Part shown: positions 48,055-58,670 of the stretch, in pieces
How positions within the stretch are numbered: position 1 is the stretch's first letter
How the letters are laid out: the number at the start of each line of letters is the position of its first letter
Source of the DNA: Nannocystales bacterium
GTDB lineage: Bacteria; Myxococcota_A; Polyangia; Nannocystales; Nannocystaceae
Direction of reading: 5' to 3'
DNA: 64,000 nt
Assembly (NCBI GenBank): GCA_050633305.1
Contig: JBOEGF010000017.1
Span: 46,433-110,432, forward strand
The notes under the pieces: model-generated
Databases searched by the model: none
Told to the model about the DNA's origin: nothing
What the model saw: only the letters and a program-made list of their open reading frames with translations
Position numbers and translations under genes: made by a program

Positions 48055-48672
48055 TTGAGCGAAGACGTCGAACTGTTCGAGCGTTGGGCCAGCGGGGACC
48101 GTGGCGCCGGCGATCGGTTGATTCGCCGCCACTTTCAAACCGTCCACCGGTTCTTTCGCAACAAGGTCTCCGCCGAGGTTGAAGACCTCATCCAGCGGAC
48201 ATTCCTCGTTGCCGTCGAGGCTCGCGACCGGTTCCGGCGTGCGTCGAGCTTCCGAACCTTCCTGCTCGGCCTCGCCCGTATCGAGCTGCTCAACCACTAT
48301 CGGCGCCGCGCCAACCCCGGGGCGCAGTTCGACGAGTTGGTCACCGCCGCGCATGCCGTGGGCAGTTCCCCAAGCGTGCAGCTGGGTCGCAATGAAGAGC
48401 AGCGACTCCTGCTCCAAGCCCTGTGCCGCATCCCACTGGAATTCCAGATCGTCCTCGAGCTTTCCTATTGGGAACGGCTCTCTTCCCGAGAACTCGGGGA
48501 GGTCCTCGACATCCCTGCCCCCACGGTTCGCAGCCGACTACGGCGCGCCCGGGAGCTCCTCGAAGCCGAACTCGCCAAGTCCCCCACCGACGACGCCGCG
48601 CGGCATAGCGTGCTGACCAACCTGGAGGCGTGGGCCAGCGGTCTACGAAAGGTCATCGACGGCACCGACTGA
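48055..48672 (+). CDS. ECF RNA polymerase sigma factor
   Basis: VEDLIQRTF, SSFRTFL, ELGEVLDIPAPTVRSRLRRAR; TTG start. Confidence 0.88.
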   Translation: MSEDVELFERWASGDRGAGDRLIRRHFQTVHRFFRNKVSAEVEDLIQRTFLVAVEARDRFRRASSFRTFLLGLARIELLNHYRRRANPGAQFDELVTAAHAVGSSPSVQLGRNEEQRLLLQALCRIPLEFQIVLELSYWERLSSRELGEVLDIPAPTVRSRLRRARELLEAELAKSPTDDAARHSVLTNLEAWASGLRKVIDGTD

Positions 48673-48925
48673 AGAGTGCGGACCAAGTTCGCCCTGGCGC
48701 TCGCCGATTCCAGCCGCGGCGACGCGCGCCGCAGCGACTCCGTCCACCGCTCGCTATCCAGCATCGCATACCCAAGCCTCGCCCAGAAGGCCTTCTACGC
48801 CAATCCAACCGGCCCAGGACGCAAGACGCTCGGGCCGCTTGGCCCGAGCGTCGTCGCTCGAGCAGGCGCGAAGCGGAAGTCGCGACGTCTGTGAACGCGC
48901 GAACGAGTTCGCAGTAACCCCGCTT

Positions 48926-48979
48926 GAACCGGACACATCCGAGAGGACATCCGTGGAACGAACACGAGAACCGGACACA
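48926..48979 (+). repeat. 12-bp direct repeat GAACCGGACACA (x2, 42-bp period)
   Basis: Exact copies at 48926-48937 and 48968-48979. Confidence 0.6.
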
Positions 48980-48993
48980 GTCTGACCTGGCAG

Positions 48994-49995
48994 TCAGTCG
49001 TTGATGACCAGCTCGCCGTAGGTCGGCAACTCCAGTCCCGGATACAGCGCGTTGAGTCGAGCGATGAATACATCCGCGACCATTCGATGACCGAGTTCGC
49101 TGAGATGGATGCCATCGGGCACCACGTCGGAGGGCCCAGGAAACTCGCCATCGTACGAGAGCTGGCCGGCGAACAGGGCGGTGAACGCCGAATCTAGATC
49201 GATGACGAAGTGACCAGCGTCCTCGTCCATGGCGGCGGCGATCGCTGCGTTGTGGGTTTGTGGCTCGGGACACAGCCCACCATTGAGCAGGTCCGGGACG
49301 TTGGCGAACAACACCGGAGCTCCGGGCGCGGACGCCTCGACGACGGCGAGGCCGGCCTGCACATCGGCCGACAACACCTCTGGCTCCTCGCACGCGTTGT
49401 AGAAGAACACGTCGGTGCTCAAGACCAGTGTCGTATTGGGATCGATGCCCCCGTGGAACTCCTCGACCCCCAGCGTGGTCACGTACGGCGGAGCCGCTCC
49501 GCACGGCTCCAGGCGCTGCCAAGCCGCCGCTGCGATCCGAGCCCAATACCGCGGCTCGAGCTCGAACCCGTCGGGTGTGCAACCGAGGCCACACGCACCC
49601 AGCGTGTTGCTCACCCCCGGCGCCACGACTCGCTCGAACAGGGCCAGTGCCTCGGGCGGAATGCCTTCGCAGTCGGCGGCCCCGCTCGTCGTGCCACCGG
49701 ACGAGCCAGACGCCTCGGCGGAGCCCAAACTCTCACCACCGTTGGAGGCCGTGGTCGACTCGGGCGATGTCGAAGAACCGTCCGAGCCCGCACTCGTGCT
49801 GCTGCCCCGGGACTGCCCCGACTCCTCGCCACTGGAACCGGAGGTCGATCCCGTAGTTCGAGTGGTCGAGCTTGGCTCCGTCGCGCTCGGCTCGGTCGGG
49901 CCGGGCCCAGACGACACCCGTCCCGTCGACCCCTCGTCCGCGATATCGGTCCGCGTTCCGCAGCCGACCACCATCAGAGCCCAGGGCAAACACAT
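48994..49995 (-). CDS. SGNH/GDSL-like hydrolase lipoprotein
   Basis: Lipobox VVGC, S/T linker, GVS, ANVPD, PDGIHLSELGH (D-x-x-H). Confidence 0.65.
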   Translation of the reverse strand: MCLPWALMVVGCGTRTDIADEGSTGRVSSGPGPTEPSATEPSSTTRTTGSTSGSSGEESGQSRGSSTSAGSDGSSTSPESTTASNGGESLGSAEASGSSGGTTSGAADCEGIPPEALALFERVVAPGVSNTLGACGLGCTPDGFELEPRYWARIAAAAWQRLEPCGAAPPYVTTLGVEEFHGGIDPNTTLVLSTDVFFYNACEEPEVLSADVQAGLAVVEASAPGAPVLFANVPDLLNGGLCPEPQTHNAAIAAAMDEDAGHFVIDLDSAFTALFAGQLSYDGEFPGPSDVVPDGIHLSELGHRMVADVFIARLNALYPGLELPTYGELVIND

Positions 49996-50141
49996 CCGAA
50001 TACGGGTCTTCACGAACACGAGTTGCAGACCTGGGCACAGACCCGTCACTGAAAATCGAGTGCCAGGCGGATTCGCCCAAAGACCGCCCGCGATTCCACG
50101 GGCGTCGCGCGAAGCTCCGGCGACACCTTGAGTGCCGGTCC

Positions 50142-51122
50142 CTAGAACCGCACGTGCACAGTCCCAGGGGCGAGCGTAGCTCGTGACTTCGTTGTCCTTC
50201 GACGGTCCACGAGCAACAGTACAACACCGGTCACAACTGCGGCCGCGCCGACCGAGACCAACGCGATGCCACCGCCGAGCGTGTCTCGGCGGAACTTGCA
50301 GACACCGACCGAGTTCACGTTCTCACCATTGCACCGGGAGGTGATCGCGTCCTCATCGATCGAGACCAGCACGGACCCCGCGACGACCGCCCCAAGACCA
50401 GCGCCTACACTCGTCCAACCCAGGGGGCGAGCGAGCCGCCGCTGTCGCGAGATCGGGGAGAGTTCGAAGCGAAGGGTCTGCTCCAGCCCTGGTTGTGACT
50501 CAAAACTGCGTCGCTGTGAGACGTGCCCCTCGAGGACGGCCTCGGCTTCGTGGGCCCCTGGTTCGACCTCTTGGTCACGGGGCATTGGCCCGACCTCCCG
50601 ACCGTCGAGAAACAGACGTGCTCCGGGAGGCACGCTCTCGAAGACGACGAGCGGGCTCGCGCTCGCCAGGGAGTCGACCTTGGATGCGAGGGTACCGGCG
50701 ACGTCCTCGAGCAAGGTCCCGACTTCGACCAACCCACACAGTTCGCAGACCTGACGCGCGCGTGCGATGACCTCCTCCTGTCCGACCTGTGACAACTCGA
50801 GCGAGAGCTCGTAGTCGCCCCCACGCTTGCTGATCCGCGCGTGCACCACGAACGCGGCGTCTCGCGACTGCGCGTAGTCCCGCCAACACCGGGCGTTCGT
50901 CGGGCCGCACTCGACCGCGTCCGGGTTTCGTGGGGCCAGGAGTCGCACATGCTTTCGTGCAAGGCCGCGCGCCAACGCCACGGAGAAGGTCTCCTTCCAC
51001 CCTTGGGCGACGTCGCCCTCCACCTCGAGCGGCCGGACCACGATCTTCGGTTCCGCCTCGTTCTGGGCGGCGGGCTCGAAGGCGGCAAGGGCCATCAACC
51101 ATACGATGGACGCACCGGACAC
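50142..51122 (-). CDS. PEGA-domain protein
   Basis: ESVPPGARLFLDG...P..VEPGAHE...EGH; two C-terminal hydrophobic segments, terminal Phe; GTG 51122 inferred. Confidence 0.78.
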   Translation of the reverse strand: MSGASIVWLMALAAFEPAAQNEAEPKIVVRPLEVEGDVAQGWKETFSVALARGLARKHVRLLAPRNPDAVECGPTNARCWRDYAQSRDAAFVVHARISKRGGDYELSLELSQVGQEEVIARARQVCELCGLVEVGTLLEDVAGTLASKVDSLASASPLVVFESVPPGARLFLDGREVGPMPRDQEVEPGAHEAEAVLEGHVSQRRSFESQPGLEQTLRFELSPISRQRRLARPLGWTSVGAGLGAVVAGSVLVSIDEDAITSRCNGENVNSVGVCKFRRDTLGGGIALVSVGAAAVVTGVVLLLVDRRRTTKSRATLAPGTVHVRF

Positions 51123-51184
51123 TTCGTCGCACGCTAACACGCGCGTGACACTCGGTCCGATGACGTGGCGCCGCAGGCCGCCGA

Positions 51185-51490
51185 CTAAGATTCGAGGACC
51201 CGGTGAACCGCCGCCACCGAGGCGTCGAAGAACTCGCTGCGGACGGCTTTGTAGCGAGGGTCTGCAAAGAAGGCGGCGCTCCGCTCTTTCGCGGGGAAGG
51301 ACAGGACAAAGAACCGGTTCACAGGCGCTCCCTCGGGGCTCTGCAGCACCTCCCCTCCGAGGATGTCCCAATCGAAGCTGCCCCCGTACTCCGCGAGGAT
51401 CGGACGCATCCCGGCCCGGTAGCGCTCGTAGACGTCGTGGTCACAAACTTCGAGTGCGATGACGTGCGTGTGTCGGGACTCAGCGGGCAT
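51185..51490 (-). CDS. DUF1330 family protein
   Basis: YERYR..M.PIL..YGG, FVLSFP, FFADPRYKAVR. Confidence 0.75.
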   Translation of the reverse strand: MPAESRHTHVIALEVCDHDVYERYRAGMRPILAEYGGSFDWDILGGEVLQSPEGAPVNRFFVLSFPAKERSAAFFADPRYKAVRSEFFDASVAAVHRVLES

Positions 51491-52208
51491 GCGCGTATCC
51501 TCCATCAATTGCCAAGATTGTGCCTGTGACGAATTCGGATCGTGCCAGAAACAGTGCGGCCTCCGAGGTCTCTTGAACTTCCCCGACCCGCCCCAACGGG
51601 TGCAGCCCAGCCAATGAGTCGGGATCGTCGATCAGTGGCGTTCGAATGATGCCCGGTGCGATCGCGTTGACCCGGACCCGACGCGACGCGAACTCCGCCG
51701 CGAGCGCCCGCGTCAGCGCGTGAACGCCTCCCTTGCTCGCCATGACCGCGGCGACCGGAAGCCCGGTCATCGGCTGTTCAACCAGCACCGTACCGACGTT
51801 GAGCACGCTGCCACCTCCCCGCTCGATGAGCGCGGGGATGACCGCTTGCGAGACGAGAAACGTCCCCTTGAGGTTGGTCCGCACGAACGCATCGAGTTGC
51901 TCCTCGGAGGCTTCGAGAAACGGTCCAGGGGCGTAGATCCCAGCGTTGTTCACCAGAACGTCGACGCCGCCGAACCGTCGGATCGCCGCCTCCCTCAGCG
52001 CCACTCCGGTGCTCGCCTCACCGACATCCCCAGCGACGACCTCGACGCGGTCTGGCGCGTCGAGGCTCCGGCCGGCCTCCTCGAGCTTGACCGGGTCCCG
52101 TGCGCACAGGACGACCGACGCGCCCTCGGCCAAGAAACGCCGCGCCAGATCGTAGCCGATGCCACTACTGGCTCCCGTGATGATGATGGTGTCGAGTCGT
52201 GCAGTCAT
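51480..52208 (-). CDS. SDR family oxidoreductase
   Basis: ITGASSGIG, NNAG, MASKGG (catalytic Tyr position is Met), IAPG, DGG. Confidence 0.9.
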   Translation of the reverse strand: MTARLDTIIITGASSGIGYDLARRFLAEGASVVLCARDPVKLEEAGRSLDAPDRVEVVAGDVGEASTGVALREAAIRRFGGVDVLVNNAGIYAPGPFLEASEEQLDAFVRTNLKGTFLVSQAVIPALIERGGGSVLNVGTVLVEQPMTGLPVAAVMASKGGVHALTRALAAEFASRRVRVNAIAPGIIRTPLIDDPDSLAGLHPLGRVGEVQETSEAALFLARSEFVTGTILAIDGGYAHAR

Positions 52209-52268
52209 GTTGGTCTTGCGAGCAACCTAGCCCCCAGTGCGTCGGCCACCAGTGGCATCTCGCCACGG

Positions 52269-52293
52269 ACTCCATTACCGTTGGTTATGGAGT
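52269..52293. promoter_or_regulatory. LysR recognition site (T-N11-A dyad)
   Basis: ACTCCAT-TACCGTTGGTT-ATGGAGT between divergent SDR and LysR genes. Confidence 0.65.
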
Positions 52294-52297
52294 TCCC

Positions 52298-53182
52298 ATG
52301 ACGCTGGACCAGCTCTACGCCTTCGTTGCCGTGGTCCGCGAAGGCACGATCACCGCCGCCGCCGCCGCGCTGCACAAGTCGCAGCCTGCGGTGAGCAAAC
52401 TGGTCAGCAACCTCGAGGCCGACTTGGGCACCGCGCTGCTGGACCGCTCGGGCTACCGCCCGACCCTGACTGACGAGGGGCGGGTGTTCTTCGAGCGTGC
52501 CCAGAGCTTGACGCAGGATGCGGGCGCGCTGCTGCAACTCGGCGAAAACCTGAGTCGGAACCCGGAACGTCGTGTCCGTGTTGCGCTCGACGCCATCACG
52601 CCGCTGCCCCCGGTCCTCGATATTCTCGTCCGCGTCCGACGGCAGTTTCCCTCGGTGCGCATCGAGTTGGACGTGGGCCGATGGACAGGAGCATCCGCGG
52701 CGCTCGTCGACGGCAAGGCCGACCTCGCCGTCGCAGGCGGGTCGCTCCCGGACAGCCCGCGCGTGGTCGCGCGGCCGTTCCCTTCGGTAACGGTCGTCGC
52801 CGTCGCGCGAGCCGATCACCCCGTCGCGTTGGCGCCGTTGCCCGTCGCGGATGCCGTGCTGCGAGAACACCCGCAAGTTGTCCTCGCCGACCCGACCGGC
52901 GCGGGCTCATCCACTTCGCTCAACGTGCTGCGCGACGGACTGTCGTGGCGTGTCACCGACCTGTGGGCGAAGAAACAGATCATCGAAGCCGGCCTCGGAT
53001 GGGGCGGTCTTCCTGCGCACCTCGTCGCCGGCGAACTCGCGTCGGGCACGCTGAAGCAGCTCGACGTGCCTGCGTTCGAAGCCCACTCGATGACGCTGCA
53101 TGTTTTGCGCCGTCGAAGTCGGGCGAAACGCGTGGTCACGGGCATGCTGTGGGCAGACCTCTGCCGCCTCGCAACGCTCTAG
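52298..53182 (+). CDS. LysR family transcriptional regulator
   Basis: MTLDQL, SQPAVSKLVSNLEADLG.LLDR, LTDEG. Confidence 0.93.
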   Translation: MTLDQLYAFVAVVREGTITAAAAALHKSQPAVSKLVSNLEADLGTALLDRSGYRPTLTDEGRVFFERAQSLTQDAGALLQLGENLSRNPERRVRVALDAITPLPPVLDILVRVRRQFPSVRIELDVGRWTGASAALVDGKADLAVAGGSLPDSPRVVARPFPSVTVVAVARADHPVALAPLPVADAVLREHPQVVLADPTGAGSSTSLNVLRDGLSWRVTDLWAKKQIIEAGLGWGGLPAHLVAGELASGTLKQLDVPAFEAHSMTLHVLRRRSRAKRVVTGMLWADLCRLATL

Positions 53183-53571
53183 CGCTTCATCTCGCCGGCC
53201 ATCTTCGCCAGACGACGACGCAAGCTCTCGAGCGTTTCGTTGAGTTGGTCGAGGTGGTCGAGCACATCCATGTCCGAGGCCAACGCTTGGACGTCCCGGC
53301 GACACAGTCCCGGAGACTCGAGGGTGTCGAGGGTCCGTGTCAGATAACCCTCGATGCGGGTCATCGACAACGCCGTCTCGCGGAGATCGTCATCGAGGAA
53401 CAACATGAGGTTGCCGATGTTGCCGACCCCCTTCAGCGCCGCGTTCGGGGTGTAGGCCTGGGTCGCGCGGTCCATCAGACGGTCGCGCGGGCGGGCGCGC
53501 CGGCCGCTAGACCGCCGCTCACCCAGCTCAGGAGACGCAGCAGCAACAGCGGACGAGACGTGAGCGGACAT
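53179..53571 (-). CDS. Hypothetical protein (helical/coiled-coil)
   Basis: Protein-like composition in the 3' part; fills gap between LysR and dnaG; start uncertain. Confidence 0.55.
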   Translation of the reverse strand: MSAHVSSAVAAASPELGERRSSGRRARPRDRLMDRATQAYTPNAALKGVGNIGNLMLFLDDDLRETALSMTRIEGYLTRTLDTLESPGLCRRDVQALASDMDVLDHLDQLNETLESLRRRLAKMAGEMKR

Positions 53572-53772
53572 GAGATTGGCCTGACATGACCCACGCCAGT
53601 CCTCCAAGTTTTCCGCAACCATGGCCTTGCGCGCTTGGCTTATGTAGTCAACCTTACGTACTCGCCCCTCAATCAGTTGGGGGGTCCATCCGCGGCATGC
53701 CTGGGCAAGCATGGGCGCGGCTTTCGTTCATCGAACGACCCGACTGCCAAGAACAACTCCGGCGAGGCGAAC

Positions 53773-55791
53773 GTGGCGAACATTCCCGACGACAAGGTCC
53801 AAGAGGTCCGCGACAAGGTCGACATCATCGACCTCGTCGGTCGATACGTGGAGTTGCGGAAAGCTGGGCGAAACTTCAAAGGTCTGTGCCCGTTCCACCA
53901 GGAGAAGTCGCCGAGCTTCAACGTCAACCCGCAGCGCAAGGGCTACAAGTGCTTCGGCTGCGGCGCCGGGGGAGACGCCATCGGTTTCGTCATGGAGATC
54001 GAGGGCAAGAGCTTTCCCGAAGCCGTGAGAAAGCTGGCCGAGCAGTACGGCGTCCACCTCCCGGCCGACGCGATGAAGGGCGGCGGCGGCGGACCGAGCC
54101 GCCACGAGAAGGACGCGGCGTACGCCGTTGCGCGCGCGGCATGTGAGCTCTACGAGTCCATCCTCAAAGACTCCGAACACGGGAAGGCCGGCCGGGCCTA
54201 CCTTGAGGCGCGCGGGCTGACACGCGAACTCGCGGAGCGGTTCCGGCTGGGCTACGCACCCGCCCCCGCAGAGGCCGGCTGGGACACGCTTTGTCTCCAC
54301 ATCAAGCGTCTGGGGCTCTCCATGGACGCCGCGCAAACACTCGGGCTCGTCGGCAAGAGCGAGCGAACCGGGAACACCTACGACAAGTTCCGCGGCCGGC
54401 TGATGTTCCCCGTCATCCAGCCAGGCGGCGAGGTCATCGCATTCTCCGGTCGAATCGTCCCGCCCCACGACCAAGACGAACGCAGCGACAACCCGCCGCC
54501 CAAGTACGTCAACAGCTCGGAGTCCCTGCTCTTCACCAAGAGCAAGCACCTGTTCGCATTGGCCACCGCCCGCTCCGCCATCCGCGAAAAGAAGCGGGCC
54601 ATCTTGGTCGAGGGCAACGTCGACGTGGCGAAGCTGCATCAGTGGGGCCATGAAGAAGCAGTGGCGCCGTTGGGCACAGCCTTGACTCCTGAGCAGTCGC
54701 GTTTGCTCGCGAGATTCGCCGAGCAGGTCATCATGTGTTTCGATGGGGACAAGGCCGGAAAGAAAGCCGCGTGGACGGCCCTGCCTCAGCTCATCGATGC
54801 CGATCTCGACGTCCGCATGGTCCTGTTGCCCGAGGGCGAGGATCCCGACAGCATCGGCGAGGAACGGTTCGGTGCCCTGCTGCGCGGATCTCGTCCCGCG
54901 CTGGAGGAGATGATGCTCCGCGTTGCCGCCAAGGCCGGGGACGCGGCACACGCGCGAGGCAAGGCGCTCGACAAAATGTTGCCGCTCATCGCGCGGGTTA
55001 AAAGCGACAGCGCGCGGGAACTCTTCGCCTATCGCGCCGCTGAGCTGTTCAAGATGCCGGTCGACCGGATCGAAAGTTCGCTCGGCGACCTCCGAAGGAG
55101 CGGGAATCGCCCGCAAAGCGCGCAAGAAAACTCTCGTCAGAAAGACTCGACTTCAGAGGCACATGTGCCACTATCCGCGGCCGTGCGCTCCCTCCCGCCG
55201 CTGCCAGCGGGCCAGTCGAGGCTGGCCATGCTGTTGGTTGACGTGCCCCATTTGGCCACCGTCGCCGAGCGTGCGGGCGCGCTGGGGTGCATCACGGACG
55301 GACGTCTCGAACCCGTTGTTCAAGCCGTCATCGAAGGCGCCAAGCAAGGTCGCGACCCCAGTCTCGAAGACCTGCTCACCGCGGTCGATCCGAGCGCGCA
55401 TCGGCAGCTCTACGACACCGTCTTCTCGGGTGAGTATAGAGGATTGGCGGACCAAGGTGCCGACCCGCAGGCAGTCCTTGGATCACTCGTTCGCGCGTGT
55501 CGAGCCGACGAGGCCGACGCGCGCATCAGCGAGATCAAAACCCAGGTCAGCGAGGCCCTTCGACAGGGCTTTCCCGAGACCGCTCGCGACCTGTCCCGCG
55601 AGCTGAGCGAGCAAATCCGTCGACGCGAGAAACTCCTGCTCGCGACCGGTCCCCTCGCCCCGGAGGCCCCCCAAACCTCCACCGTCCCCTCCGCCGCCCC
55701 CTCCCCCGAATCCGCGTCAGGCCCCGACGCTCCTACTCCTGTCGATCGCCCTCTCGACGGAAACCCAGCGCCGGATTCGTTGCCCAACTAA
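53773..55791 (+). CDS. dnaG: DNA primase
   Basis: CPFHQEKSPSF..CFGC zinc ribbon, FRGRLMFP, KYVNS, VEG, APLGT, CFDGD.AG, EDPD. Confidence 0.96.
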   Translation: MANIPDDKVQEVRDKVDIIDLVGRYVELRKAGRNFKGLCPFHQEKSPSFNVNPQRKGYKCFGCGAGGDAIGFVMEIEGKSFPEAVRKLAEQYGVHLPADAMKGGGGGPSRHEKDAAYAVARAACELYESILKDSEHGKAGRAYLEARGLTRELAERFRLGYAPAPAEAGWDTLCLHIKRLGLSMDAAQTLGLVGKSERTGNTYDKFRGRLMFPVIQPGGEVIAFSGRIVPPHDQDERSDNPPPKYVNSSESLLFTKSKHLFALATARSAIREKKRAILVEGNVDVAKLHQWGHEEAVAPLGTALTPEQSRLLARFAEQVIMCFDGDKAGKKAAWTALPQLIDADLDVRMVLLPEGEDPDSIGEERFGALLRGSRPALEEMMLRVAAKAGDAAHARGKALDKMLPLIARVKSDSARELFAYRAAELFKMPVDRIESSLGDLRRSGNRPQSAQENSRQKDSTSEAHVPLSAAVRSLPPLPAGQSRLAMLLVDVPHLATVAERAGALGCITDGRLEPVVQAVIEGAKQGRDPSLEDLLTAVDPSAHRQLYDTVFSGEYRGLADQGADPQAVLGSLVRACRADEADARISEIKTQVSEALRQGFPETARDLSRELSEQIRRREKLLLATGPLAPEAPQTSTVPSAAPSPESASGPDAPTPVDRPLDGNPAPDSLPN

Positions 55792-55799
55792 CCCGTCCG

Positions 55800-55826
55800 C
55801 TTAAGACCCGCCCCCTCTTAAGACCC
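55800..55826 (+). repeat. 10-bp direct repeat CTTAAGACCC upstream of rpoD
   Basis: Exact copies at 55800-55809 and 55817-55826. Confidence 0.6.
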
Positions 55827-55851
55827 ATCTATTGAAGGTTCGAAGGTAGCC

Positions 55852-57672
<1,821 letters not shown>

Positions 57673-57739
57673 GCAACACCGGGGGCTCCCCCAGGGCCCG
57701 TCTCGTGTTGCAGAGCCACAGCGCGACCCGAGGTCGCGC
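57673..57739 (+). terminator. Two hairpins after rpoD (possible terminator, no U-tract)
   Basis: GCAACAC...GTGTTGC (57673-57711) and GCGCGACC-CGA-GGTCGCGC (57721-57739). Confidence 0.4.
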
Positions 57740-57812
57740 GAGCGCTTCTGAGCGTATTCAGCAGAGCTGTGTCCGCCTGGCCTCGTCGTGCCCGTCCGGG
57801 TAGATTGAACCC

Positions 57813-58643
57813 ATGGTTTGGGGACGGTGTTGGAGCCACGTCGCGCTGACGCTTGCGCTCACGGGGTGCAGTACGTTTGCGGAAGCGGAATCGGCCGGAG
57901 GAGGCGAGGACGGAGAGTCCTCGGGGTCCACAGGCAGCACAACCTCGACCCCCAGCCTGTCGACATCAGGAGGAACTGACAGCGCGAGTGGTGGGCCCGG
58001 GACCACGCCTGTCACATCCAACTCCGACACCTCCGGCACCGGCCCGACCGACGCTTCGAATACGGACCCAACACCTTCCGACACCGGCTCCGATCCTGAC
58101 ACCGACCCAGACACGGCATCTTCGGGCACCGGGCCGTCGACGAGCGGTGACGAGACCGGAATGGTTGAGACGGGCGTCGTTGAGACCACAGGCCCCGCGG
58201 TCTGCAACGAGGCCGACATCGAACCGAACGGAAACCCGGTAGACGGCGAGTCCCAGGACCTACCCGACCAGTTCTGTGGCAGCGCTGCCTCGGTTGTATC
58301 GGGCACGCTTCTGGACGACGAGGACCTCGACGCCTTCGTGTACTTCGGGGAGTGGGACTGCGGCAGTACAAACAACCCGAATCACCGGGTCGAGGTCGAC
58401 GGCCCCGTGACCGCGTGCGTCTTCCCGCTGTGCCCTTTGGGGAACCCCACGGATACGATTTGCCTGTCCGGGACGGCGGCGACGGTCAACGGTGTGGCCG
58501 GTTGCTGTTCCGATGACGTCGCGGTCGCTGACGTGAACTGCCAAAACACCCCCGACGAGTCCTCGCTCGGATTCCTCCTCGTCGAGTCCGCCGACGCCGC
58601 CTGCACCGACTACACGCTGACGTACGCCTTTGACGACGCCTAG
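57813..58643 (+). CDS. Hypothetical lipoprotein with S/T-rich linker and Cys-containing domain
   Basis: Lipobox LTGC, long S/T/G/D linker, [11 protein letters not shown] end. Confidence 0.7.
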   Translation: MVWGRCWSHVALTLALTGCSTFAEAESAGGGEDGESSGSTGSTTSTPSLSTSGGTDSASGGPGTTPVTSNSDTSGTGPTDASNTDPTPSDTGSDPDTDPDTASSGTGPSTSGDETGMVETGVVETTGPAVCNEADIEPNGNPVDGESQDLPDQFCGSAASVVSGTLLDDEDLDAFVYFGEWDCGSTNNPNHRVEVDGPVTACVFPLCPLGNPTDTICLSGTAATVNGVAGCCSDDVAVADVNCQNTPDESSLGFLLVESADAACTDYTLTYAFDDA

Positions 58644-58670
58644 GCAGCCCCAGGGAAAACGGGAAACGGC

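Noticed and set aside
48676..48978. Small ORFs (72 aa plus, 74 aa minus) in the convergent gap
   Set aside because: No motifs, no clear RBS and atypical composition; not supportable as genes
57673..57812. tRNA after rpoD
   Set aside because: Hairpins are present but no cloverleaf, T-loop GTTCRA or CCA arrangement
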